Source: Gammaproteobacteria bacterium
Lineage (GTDB): Bacteria; Pseudomonadota; Gammaproteobacteria; Steroidobacterales; Foliamicaceae
Assembly (NCBI GenBank): GCA_011523505.1
Contig: WTGP01000019.1
Coordinates: forward strand, 287,980-351,979
Length of the DNA: 64,000 nt
Reading direction: 5' to 3'
The notes below the pieces were generated by a model. The model ran no database searches. It was not told where the DNA came from and worked only from the letters and a program-made list of their open reading frames with translations. Positions within the stretch are counted from its first letter, which is position 1. Every line of letters begins with the position of its first letter. Position numbers and translations under genes: made by a program. Shown piece after piece: positions 53,889 through 62,632 of this stretch.

Positions 53889-55293
53889 GTTTTGCGGCGA
53901 TCCGACGCGAACCGGCTATCGCGATGCACATGGTAACGATGAACGGAACCAGGCGCTCCAGCCAGTCTCCGGGCATGTCGGGCAGCTGGTGCAGCAGCAC
54001 GGTGAAGGTAAAACCGCAGATCAGCACCGCCAGCGCGTAGCCGGACCGGACCTGCCTGCCCAGCACGGCCATGTAGACCAGCGGCGCCAGCGAAGCGCCC
54101 AGTGCATGCCAGGCGAAAAGGACCCGCAGGAATATCGACTGGGGCGCGAACAGCGCGAGAAGCGTGGCCCCGACGGTTATCGCGGTGACGGCGGCATAGG
54201 TGAACTTCAGCCCGACCGCCCGGCGCGCCCGCTTGAGGTTCCAGTCGCGCGAAATGGCGGCCGCCCCGGTCAGGAGCTGGCTGTCGGCGGTGGACATGAT
54301 GGCGCTCAGGACCGCCGCGATCACGATGCCGGCCAGGATCGGAGGCAGCAAACGCTGGGTCACGACGAAGAACATGTCCTCGGGATTTCCGATGTCCGAG
54401 TAGAGCACCCGTCCCGCGAGGCCGAGGACGGTCATGCCGACAAACACGAAAGCCACCCACACCAGCGCGATGATCCGTCCGCGGCGCACCGCCTGGTAGT
54501 CGCGGGCGGCCATGAAGCGGTTCACGACGTGCGGCTGACCCGGCTGGCCCAGGGCCGGGCTCAGCGAACCGATGACGAAGCCGATCGCCGCGAGGCCCGC
54601 GTGCGGGGGCGCGATGCTGAAGGCCTCTCCGCGGACGCTGAATATGTAATCGCTTCCCCCGAGCGCGACCACGAAGAACACCGTGACCACCGGCAACAGT
54701 ATCGACACCAGCAGCATCAGCGCGCCCTGCACGCTGTCGGTGAGGCTCACCGCCAGGAAGCCGCCGAGCAGCGTATAGGCCAGGATCACCGCGGCGCCCA
54801 CCACGATGCCGGACTCGACCGAAAGGCCGAGCGATTCGTTGAAGGCGTTGGCGGCCGCCTGGAACTGGGCCGCCACATAAAACATGAAGCACACCAGGAT
54901 GATCACCGACGCGACGCGCCGGGCCAGGCGCGCGTAGGTATCGTCGCCGCCCAGCAGCAGTTCGGTCAGGGTCAGCGCGCCGGTCTGCGCGGCCGCCCGG
55001 TTGATGCGCGGCGCCACCCAGCACCAGTTGATCACGAACCCGCCGATAATGCCCAGCGTCAGCCAGATGGCCGGGGGCCCGATGAAATAGGCGAACCCGC
55101 TCACGCCCAACAGCGTCCAGGCCGAGGTGGTGCTGGCGCAGGCGCTCAGCGACGTCACCCAGGCGCCGATGCGCCTTCCCCCCAGCAGGAACTCGCCCTG
55201 ATCCTGGCTGCGCCGGTGTGCCCACACGCCGATCGAAAGCAGGACCAGCTTGTACAGGACGAGTGTGACGATTACGGTGGTGGTGCTGTTCAT
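53881..55293 (-). CDS. sodium:solute symporter (SSS) family, PutP-like, copy 2 (tandem paralog)
   Basis: Start at [50 protein letters not shown]. Collinear with copy 1 over its whole length. The stop overlaps the copy-1 start by 8 nt. Confidence 0.85.
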   Translation of the reverse strand: MNSTTTVIVTLVLYKLVLLSIGVWAHRRSQDQGEFLLGGRRIGAWVTSLSACASTTSAWTLLGVSGFAYFIGPPAIWLTLGIIGGFVINWCWVAPRINRAAAQTGALTLTELLLGGDDTYARLARRVASVIILVCFMFYVAAQFQAAANAFNESLGLSVESGIVVGAAVILAYTLLGGFLAVSLTDSVQGALMLLVSILLPVVTVFFVVALGGSDYIFSVRGEAFSIAPPHAGLAAIGFVIGSLSPALGQPGQPHVVNRFMAARDYQAVRRGRIIALVWVAFVFVGMTVLGLAGRVLYSDIGNPEDMFFVVTQRLLPPILAGIVIAAVLSAIMSTADSQLLTGAAAISRDWNLKRARRAVGLKFTYAAVTAITVGATLLALFAPQSIFLRVLFAWHALGASLAPLVYMAVLGRQVRSGYALAVLICGFTFTVLLHQLPDMPGDWLERLVPFIVTMCIAIAGSRRIAAKHE

Positions 55294-55343
55294 CCGGGCA
55301 ACTATAGCGGCGAAGGCGCAACCATGCGACATACAATTTCCGC

Positions 55344-58300
55344 ATGTCCGATTGGCGGTTCTGGATTGATCGCGGCGGCACGTTCACGGACGTAGTGGCG
55401 CGCAACCCCGAAGGGAAACTGAAGGTCCACAAGCTGCTGTCGGAGGATCCTTCCCGCTACACGGACGCCGCGGTGCACGCCATCGGCGCGCTGATGGCCG
55501 AAGCCGGCGCCCCGGGCGCCGTGCGGGACCTGAAAATGGGCACCACGGTGGCCACCAACGCGCTTCTGGAACGGCGCGGCGAGCCCACGCTGCTGTTGGT
55601 GAACAGCGGCTACGCGGACGCCTTGCTGATCGGCTACCAGAACCGGCCCGATCTCTTCGCTTTGGAAATTCGGCGCCCGCCCGCCCTGTACGCGGACGTG
55701 CTCGAGGCGGAAGGGCGCATCGACGCCTACGGGCGCGAACTGGCTCCGCTCGACGCCGGCGCGCTTCTTGACGGGCTCAAGGCGGCCCGCGGGCGAGGGC
55801 TGCTGTCGGTCGCGGTCTGCTTCATGCATGCCTGGCGCAACCCGGAACACGAGCTGCAGGCGGGCCGGCTGGCGGAGCAGGCCGGCTTTGAGCAGGTGTC
55901 GCTTTCGCATGAGGTATCGCCCCTGATCAAGCTGGTCAGCCGCGGCGACACCACGCTTGTCGATGCGTACCTCTCGCCGGTGCTGCGGCGCTATATCCGT
56001 GGATTGAGCGCCGGGCTGAAAAGCGAGCGGATCGCGCCGCGCAACCTGGCTTTCATGCAAAGCAACGGCGGGCTGGTCGAAGCCGGGCGGTTCCGGGGCA
56101 AGGACGCGATTCTGTCGGGGCCGGCGGCCGGCGTGGTGGGCGCCGTGCGCACCGCGCGGCAGGCGGGCCATGAAAAGCTGATCTGCTTCGACATGGGCGG
56201 AACTTCCACCGACGTCGCGCTCTACGCCGGCGGCTACGAGTACGTGACGCACAACGAAATCGCGGGCGTGCGCCTGCGAGCGCCGATGCTCAAGGTCCAC
56301 ACCGTGGCCGCGGGGGGAGGTTCCGTCCTGCGCTACAAGTCCGGCAGGTTCCTCTCCGGTCCCCTGTCCGCCGGCGCCAACCCCGGACCGGCCTGCTATC
56401 GAAACGGCGGTCCGCTTACCGTAACCGATGCGAACCTGGTGCTGGGGCGCATTCATCCGCGCATGTTTCCCCGTGTGTTCGGCGAGGATGGACGGCAGCC
56501 TCTGGACGAGCAGGCGTCGCGGGAGGGATTCGCGAAACTGGCCGGCGAGGTGTTCGAAGACAGCGGCAGGCGGATGAGCGTCGAAGAAGCCGCCGAGGGC
56601 TTCCTGCGGGTGACCATCAACCAGATGGCCTCGGCGATCGAGAAGATATCCGTGCAGCGGGGCGAGAACCCGGCCGAGTTCGCCCTGTGCTCCTTTGGCG
56701 GGGCGGGCGGGCAGCACGCCTGCGCCATCGCCGAGGAGCTGGGCATGGACACCGTGCTGCTTCATCCGCTGGCAGGGGTGCTGTCGGCCCTGGGACTGGG
56801 ACTGGCGCCGTTGCGCGCTTACCGGCAGGAGGCGCTGGAAGCCTCACTGGATGCGGAAGCGGTCGAACGGATGAAGGCGGCCTTTGCGCGGCTTGCAGAC
56901 GAGTGCCGGCGGGAACTGGTGGAAGCGGACATCGAGCCGGGAAACCTGTCGTTCGAATACGTGGCCGAAATCCGCGTGCGGGACTCGGACAACACGCTTC
57001 CCGTTTCCGCGGAGGGCGGGAATGCCGGGCTGTCGGATCTGCGGCGGCAATTCTCCGAAGCGCATCGGGCCCGCTTCGGAATCGAACCGCCCGGGGCGGC
57101 GCTGGTGATCGAAGCGATTCGCGTGCAGGCCAGCGGCGATACCGGCGAGGAATACCGGTGGGAGCCGGGCAACGATCCCGATCCGTCGAAGGAGCCACGG
57201 CCCGCATTTGCGGCGAAGACCGTGTTCGGCGGCGCCGGGCATGACACGCCCGCGTACCGGCGGCGGGACCTGGGCCCCGGACATTCCATCACGGGCCCGG
57301 CCATCATTTCCGAGGACCACGCCACCACGGTCGTTCCGCCGGGCTGGCAGGCGTCGGCGCAGCCCGGGGGTCACCTGGTCCTTGCCCGCCTCGCGCGCCA
57401 GGACCGTATGGAGGCCACCGGCGACGTTCCCGATCCGGTGCTGCTGGAAGTGTTCAACAACCGCTTCATGCACATTGCCGAACAGATGGGGGCGGTGCTG
57501 GAAAACACCGCGCACTCGGTCAACATCAAGGAACGGCTGGACTTTTCCTGCGCCCTGTTCGATTCGAGCGCCGAACTGGTGGCTAACGCGCCGCACATGC
57601 CGGTGCATCTCGGGTCGATGGACGCCAGCGTCAAGGCGGTCCTCACCGCCCGCAAGTCCGGCCCACGCCCGGGCGAGGCCTACCTGGTGAACGCGCCCTA
57701 CAACGGCGGCACGCACCTGCCCGACCTCACGGTGGTTTCCCCGGTGTTTCTCGAGAACGCGGAAGCGGCGGATTTTTTCGTGGCCTCGCGGGCGCATCAC
57801 GCCGACATCGGCGGGATCACGCCGGGCTCCATGCCCCCCGACAGCCGGCACATCGATGAAGAGGGCGTGCTGTTCGACAACTTCCTGCTGGTGTCGGGGG
57901 GGCGCCTTGAGGAAGCGCGCCTCAATGCGGCGCTCACGGGCGGTCCCTGGCCGGCGCGCAATCCGGCCCGCAACCTGGCCGACATCAAGGCGCAACTCGC
58001 GGCCAACGCCAAGGGCGCAAGCGAACTGAAGGCGCTGGTGGGCCATTACGGCGCATCGACCGTGCGCTCCTACATGGTCCATGTTCGCGACAACGCCGAG
58101 GAGTCGGTGCGGCGCGTGATCGACCGGCTGGAGGACGGGCGGTTCGAATGCACGATGGACGGCGACGAACGGATCGTCGTGGATATCCGCATCGACCGGC
58201 GCCGGCGGGAGGCCGTCATCGACTTCAGCAAATCCAGCGGACAGTCCGCGGGCAACTTCAACGCGCCCTCGCCGATCTGCCGGGCCTGCGTGCTCTACGT

Positions 58301-58976
58301 GTTCCGCTCGCTGGTGGGCGCGGACATCCCGATGAATTCCGGCTGCATGAAGCCGCTACGCATTATCCTTCCCGAAGGCACGCTGCTGAATCCCCGCTGG
58401 CCGGCCGCGGTGGTTGCCGGCAACGTGGAGACCTCGCAGTGCGTGGTGGACACGCTATACGGCGCGCTGGGGGTGATGGCGGCGGCCCAGGGAACGATGA
58501 ACAACGTCACTTTCGGAAACGACCGGTACCAGTACTACGAGACCGTCTGCGGAGGCAGCGGGGCGGGGCCCGAATTCGACGGGGCCTCCGCCGTACACAC
58601 GCACATGACCAATTCGCGCCTCACCGACCCCGAGGTGCTGGAGTTGCGGTTCCCCGTGCTGCTGCGCGAATTCCGCCTCCGCGGCGGAAGCGGCGGGAGC
58701 GGGCGGCGCAGCGGCGGGGACGGCGCGCTGCGCCGCATCGAATTCCTTCAGCCGATGGAACTGGCCATCCTGTCGAACCGCCGCCGGACCGCGCCGTTCG
58801 GATTGGCGGGGGGCGGGGACGGCGCGCCCGGCCGCGCCCGGGTGCTGCGCTCCAGCGGCGGCGTCACCGAACTGACCGCGCGCGACCGGACCCGCGTGGA
58901 GCCGGGAGACCAGTTCATGATCGAAACGCCGGGAGGCGGCGGTTACGGCGCCCCGGAGAACACGCCCGATGTTTGA
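55344..58976 (+). CDS. hydantoinase/oxoprolinase fusion (HyuA + HyuB domains; 5-oxoprolinase-like, ATP-hydrolysing)
   Basis: 1210 aa. WRFWIDRGGTFTDVVA at the N-terminus, FDMGGTSTDV, then a HyuB half with PHMPVHLGSM, NAPYNGGTHLPD and ETPGGGGYG. Confidence 0.9.
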   Translation: MSDWRFWIDRGGTFTDVVARNPEGKLKVHKLLSEDPSRYTDAAVHAIGALMAEAGAPGAVRDLKMGTTVATNALLERRGEPTLLLVNSGYADALLIGYQNRPDLFALEIRRPPALYADVLEAEGRIDAYGRELAPLDAGALLDGLKAARGRGLLSVAVCFMHAWRNPEHELQAGRLAEQAGFEQVSLSHEVSPLIKLVSRGDTTLVDAYLSPVLRRYIRGLSAGLKSERIAPRNLAFMQSNGGLVEAGRFRGKDAILSGPAAGVVGAVRTARQAGHEKLICFDMGGTSTDVALYAGGYEYVTHNEIAGVRLRAPMLKVHTVAAGGGSVLRYKSGRFLSGPLSAGANPGPACYRNGGPLTVTDANLVLGRIHPRMFPRVFGEDGRQPLDEQASREGFAKLAGEVFEDSGRRMSVEEAAEGFLRVTINQMASAIEKISVQRGENPAEFALCSFGGAGGQHACAIAEELGMDTVLLHPLAGVLSALGLGLAPLRAYRQEALEASLDAEAVERMKAAFARLADECRRELVEADIEPGNLSFEYVAEIRVRDSDNTLPVSAEGGNAGLSDLRRQFSEAHRARFGIEPPGAALVIEAIRVQASGDTGEEYRWEPGNDPDPSKEPRPAFAAKTVFGGAGHDTPAYRRRDLGPGHSITGPAIISEDHATTVVPPGWQASAQPGGHLVLARLARQDRMEATGDVPDPVLLEVFNNRFMHIAEQMGAVLENTAHSVNIKERLDFSCALFDSSAELVANAPHMPVHLGSMDASVKAVLTARKSGPRPGEAYLVNAPYNGGTHLPDLTVVSPVFLENAEAADFFVASRAHHADIGGITPGSMPPDSRHIDEEGVLFDNFLLVSGGRLEEARLNAALTGGPWPARNPARNLADIKAQLAANAKGASELKALVGHYGASTVRSYMVHVRDNAEESVRRVIDRLEDGRFECTMDGDERIVVDIRIDRRRREAVIDFSKSSGQSAGNFNAPSPICRACVLYVFRSLVGADIPMNSGCMKPLRIILPEGTLLNPRWPAAVVAGNVETSQCVVDTLYGALGVMAAAQGTMNNVTFGNDRYQYYETVCGGSGAGPEFDGASAVHTHMTNSRLTDPEVLELRFPVLLREFRLRGGSGGSGRRSGGDGALRRIEFLQPMELAILSNRRRTAPFGLAGGGDGAPGRARVLRSSGGVTELTARDRTRVEPGDQFMIETPGGGGYGAPENTPDV

Positions 58977-61323
58977 CATCGCGCTGGTCACCACGATCCT
59001 CGTGATCGCGCTGGTGCTGTTCGTCACCGAGGCCCTGCGCATGGACATCGTGGCGCTGCTCGTGGTGGGCGCGCTTACCGTCACCGGCCTGGTCACGCCG
59101 GCACAGGCCGTGGCCGGCTTCAGCAACGAGGCCGTCATCACGCTGTGGGCCATGTTCATCATCAGCGAGGGATTGCTGCGCACCGGCGTCGGCGATCTGA
59201 TCGGGCGCTACCTCATGCGCGTGGCGGGCCGCAACGAAGCAGCGCTGGTGGCGGTGATCATGCTGGCTTCGGGCGGGCTGTCGGCGTTCATGAACAACAT
59301 CGGCGTGGCGGTGCTGATGCTGCCCGTCGTAATGGGACTGGCGCGGCGCGCGCGCGTGCCGGCCTCGCGGCTGCTGATGCCGCTGTCATTTGGGTGCTTG
59401 CTCGGCGGCCTCACCACCCAGATCGGAACCCCGCCGAACCTCCTGGTCAGCGCGTCACTGGCGGAGCAGGGCGATTTCCGGTTCCAGCTGTTCGACTTCC
59501 TGCCCGTGGGCGGGGCCGCCCTGGTGGGGGGCGTGCTGTTCTTCGTGCTCTTCGGCCGCCGGCTGCTGCCGACCCGCGAGGCGGGCGAATTCACCAGAAC
59601 GCGCAGCCAGCGCAACCTCAGGGCCCTCTACGGACTGCGGGAATTCATGTTCACGGTTTCCCTGAGCAGCGCTTCCGGGCTCGCCGGACGCACGCTGGCG
59701 GAGAGCCGGATAGCGGCGCTGGGACTGATCGTCATCGCCATAGAGCGGGGCCGGCGCATCATCCGGCTGCCAGCGCGCCAGTCGGCGCTCAAGGCGGGCG
59801 ACCGGCTTCTGGTACAGGGCAAGCGCGAGTACATCGAAGAGTTGCGCGCGTGGCAGAGCGTCATCGGAAAGGGCGAGACGGTGCCCGCCAACCTGCCCCT
59901 GACCGAAAACCTCCGGATGGTGCAGGCGCGGGTCGCCGAGGGGTCGCCGCTGATACAGAACCCCGTAAACCGGCAGGAGCTGCAACTGAAGACCCGCGGC
60001 CTGGCCATCGCGCTTCGGCGCGGGAACCGCGTGCGCCGCTCCGGGCTGAGCCGTCTGCCGCTGCGCGCCGGCGACTTCGTCCTTCTCCAGGGCCGGGTGG
60101 AAACGGCGGACCTGGCCCGGAGGACGGAGGAGTTCGATGAGGTGATCGAACTCGACCAGGGGACGCTGGAGCGACTTTACCGGCCCAACGAACGGCTGAT
60201 CAGCGTTCGCGTTCCCGCTGGTTCGCCGCTGGTCGGCCTGGCCTACGGCGAATCCCGCCTGGCCGAAGCGCTGGAGTTCCGGCTGCTGGCCATCAACCGC
60301 GAAGACGAAGTCAACTTCATCCCGGATCCGGATGAAGTGCTGCGCGAGGACGACCGCCTGCTTCTTCAGACGCGCAACGAGGACCTGGAAACACTGCGCG
60401 CGGTCCAGGAACTCGAAATCGAAGAGGAAATGACGCCGGCCCTGAACCTCTACGCCACCGACCGGCTGGCCACCGAGGAAGTCACGCTGGCGCCGCTGTC
60501 ACGCCTTGGCGGCCGCACGGCGGGAGAAATGGGTTTCAACGAGAAGTACGGCCTGGAACTGGTGGCGATCCGGCGCGCCGGGCAGACCCTGCACACCGAT
60601 CTGCAGACGGAACGGCTGAACTTCGGCGATGCGCTGTTGCTGGTGGGGCCGCGCAACAATCTCCGCCGGCTGGCCAGGGACCCCTCGTTCATCGAGGTGA
60701 CCCCCTTCGTTCCCCGCCGCCCGCGGAAGCGTTACGCCGGACTGATCATGATCGGCGTGATCGGCGCCGTGCTGACCGGCTGGCTGCCGATTTCCATCGC
60801 CGCGCTGATCGGCGCGACCCTCATGGTGCTGATCCGCTGCCTCAGCATGGAGGACGCCTACCGGGCGATCGACTGGCGGGCGGTCTTCCTCATCGCGGGC
60901 ATGCTGCCTTTGGGAACGGCGCTGGCCAACACCGGCGCGGCCCGGCTGCTGGCCGGCACCGCGGTCGATCTGCTGGGGGCGCTGGGGCCCTGGTACGTGA
61001 TAGGCGGGCTTTACCTGGTTACGGCGCTGGCCACGATGATCGTACCCACCGCCGCGCTGGTGGTGCTGATGTCGCCGGTGGTGCTGTCGGCCAGCGCCTC
61101 GCTGGGGATCGCGCCCACGACGGCGATGATGGCCATGGCCATGGCGGCGTCGGCCAGCTTCACCAGCCCGATTTCGCATCCGGCCAATATCCTCATCATG
61201 GGTCCCGGCAACTACCGGTTCAACGACTATATCCGGGCAGGCATTCCGCTTACGCTGCTCGTATTCGTCATCGTGATGCTGCTGCTGCCGATATTCTGGC
61301 CGCTGCAGCCGGCCGTTTCGTAG
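58969..61323 (+). CDS. SLC13/DASS-family permease with four central TrkA-C (RCK_C) domains
   Basis: The N- and C-terminal transport halves (SAFMNNIGVAVLMLPV.., ASFTSPISHPANILIMGPG) flank four consecutive ~80-aa segments of the pattern G.L.G.tl.E........i.aI.R.g.......l..GD.LlvqG (aa ~225-572). Confidence 0.85.
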   Translation: MFDIALVTTILVIALVLFVTEALRMDIVALLVVGALTVTGLVTPAQAVAGFSNEAVITLWAMFIISEGLLRTGVGDLIGRYLMRVAGRNEAALVAVIMLASGGLSAFMNNIGVAVLMLPVVMGLARRARVPASRLLMPLSFGCLLGGLTTQIGTPPNLLVSASLAEQGDFRFQLFDFLPVGGAALVGGVLFFVLFGRRLLPTREAGEFTRTRSQRNLRALYGLREFMFTVSLSSASGLAGRTLAESRIAALGLIVIAIERGRRIIRLPARQSALKAGDRLLVQGKREYIEELRAWQSVIGKGETVPANLPLTENLRMVQARVAEGSPLIQNPVNRQELQLKTRGLAIALRRGNRVRRSGLSRLPLRAGDFVLLQGRVETADLARRTEEFDEVIELDQGTLERLYRPNERLISVRVPAGSPLVGLAYGESRLAEALEFRLLAINREDEVNFIPDPDEVLREDDRLLLQTRNEDLETLRAVQELEIEEEMTPALNLYATDRLATEEVTLAPLSRLGGRTAGEMGFNEKYGLELVAIRRAGQTLHTDLQTERLNFGDALLLVGPRNNLRRLARDPSFIEVTPFVPRRPRKRYAGLIMIGVIGAVLTGWLPISIAALIGATLMVLIRCLSMEDAYRAIDWRAVFLIAGMLPLGTALANTGAARLLAGTAVDLLGALGPWYVIGGLYLVTALATMIVPTAALVVLMSPVVLSASASLGIAPTTAMMAMAMAASASFTSPISHPANILIMGPGNYRFNDYIRAGIPLTLLVFVIVMLLLPIFWPLQPAVS

Positions 61324-62543
61324 TGCCGGGCGAATCGGTGCTGATCGTCGGCGGCGGCCAGGCCGCGGCCCAACTGGTCGTCTCGCTTCGGCTCGGCGGC
61401 CATGGCGGGCCGATAACGCTGGTCAGCGAGGAGAGCGCGCCTCCCTATCAGCGCCCGCCGCTTTCCAAGCAGTACCTGGCCGGCGAACTCGAGCGCGAGC
61501 GGCTGCTGCTTCGCCGGGCGGAGTACTACGAGTCCAGGGACGTGGAACTGCGCCTGGGCCGCCGGGTGCTGTCCGTGGACCGCGGCCACAAGCTTGCGGT
61601 GCTGGACAACGGCGAGGAGCTCCGCTACGACCGCCTGGTGCTGGCCACCGGAAGCGTTTTGCGCAAGCTCGATGCGCCGGGCTCGGATCTGCCCGGCATC
61701 CACTATCTGAGGTCGCTGGACGACGCCGACGCGCTGCACGAGGAACTTGCTCCGGGACGGCGGATTGTCATTGTGGGCGGAGGGTACATAGGGCTGGAAG
61801 TGGCGGCCACGGCGGCGAAGGCAGGCGCCGAAGTCACCGTCCTGGAGGCCGAGGAGCGGGTAATGAGCCGCGTGGCCAGCGCCGCCGTTGCCGATTGGCT
61901 CACCGGCCTGCACCGGCAATCCGGCGTGCGCATTCGGGTGGGGGAGCAGGTCCGGGGTTTCGCGGGGCGCAGGCGCGTCGAGGCGGTCGAAACGGGCAAT
62001 GGCCCGTTCGCCGCCGATGCCGTGGTGGTGGGCATCGGCGTGCTCCCGTCGGCGGACCTGGCCCGCGAGTGCGGTCTTGGTGAAGACGACGGCATCCTGG
62101 CCGACGAGCACTGCCGGACCGAAGACGAAGCTGTGCTGGCGGCGGGCGACTGCGCGCGCGCGGTCAATACCGCCCTGGGCTTCGCCGTGCGCCTGGAATC
62201 GGTGCAGAACGCCGTGGACCACGGCCAGGTGGCCGCCTCGGTGATCCTGGGCGATCCGAAACCCTATTCCGGCGTCCCCTGGTTCTGGTCGGACCAGTTT
62301 CACGCGAAGCTGCAGATCGCGGGACTGGCCCGGCCCGGCGACGAGACTGTGCTGCGCGGCGATCCATCCTCAGGCAGTTTCGCGGCGTTCCGCATGCGCG
62401 ACGGCCGGCTGAGCGCGGTGGAGGCCGTATCCAGTCCGCGGGATTTCATGGCGGGGAAGAAACTGATCGCCTCGGGCGCAGCCCCGGACCCCGTTCAGTT
62501 GATCGACGAGTCCGTTGCCCTCAAGGACCTGATCCAGGCGTGA
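61323..62543 (+). CDS. NAD(P)/FAD-dependent ferredoxin/rubredoxin reductase-like oxidoreductase
   Basis: GTG start sharing 1 nt with the upstream stop. VLIVGGGQAAAQL, PPYQRPPLSK, LVLATGS, IVIVGGGYIGLEVAA, GDCA and WFWSDQF match putidaredoxin-reductase-type motifs. Confidence 0.85.
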   Translation: MPGESVLIVGGGQAAAQLVVSLRLGGHGGPITLVSEESAPPYQRPPLSKQYLAGELERERLLLRRAEYYESRDVELRLGRRVLSVDRGHKLAVLDNGEELRYDRLVLATGSVLRKLDAPGSDLPGIHYLRSLDDADALHEELAPGRRIVIVGGGYIGLEVAATAAKAGAEVTVLEAEERVMSRVASAAVADWLTGLHRQSGVRIRVGEQVRGFAGRRRVEAVETGNGPFAADAVVVGIGVLPSADLARECGLGEDDGILADEHCRTEDEAVLAAGDCARAVNTALGFAVRLESVQNAVDHGQVAASVILGDPKPYSGVPWFWSDQFHAKLQIAGLARPGDETVLRGDPSSGSFAAFRMRDGRLSAVEAVSSPRDFMAGKKLIASGAAPDPVQLIDESVALKDLIQA

Positions 62544-62632
62544 CAAGTCACCAGGCCCGCCACACCCAATAGGGGGCGAACGCGGCCGATTTCCCGATTG
62601 CCGGGCGGGCGTTCGCCCGGCACATTCGGTGC

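Noticed and set aside
52419-55395. Two plus-strand ORFs of about 505-510 aa (52419..53936 and 53863..55395)
   Set aside because: Antisense to the two SSS transporter paralogs. They are hydrophilic, Arg/Gly/Asp-rich and mutually similar only because the transporter genes are paralogous.
55302-58082. Minus-strand ORFs 55302..56765 (487 aa) and 56844..58082 (412 aa)
   Set aside because: Antisense to the 1210-aa hydantoinase/oxoprolinase gene, which has clear HyuA/HyuB motifs.
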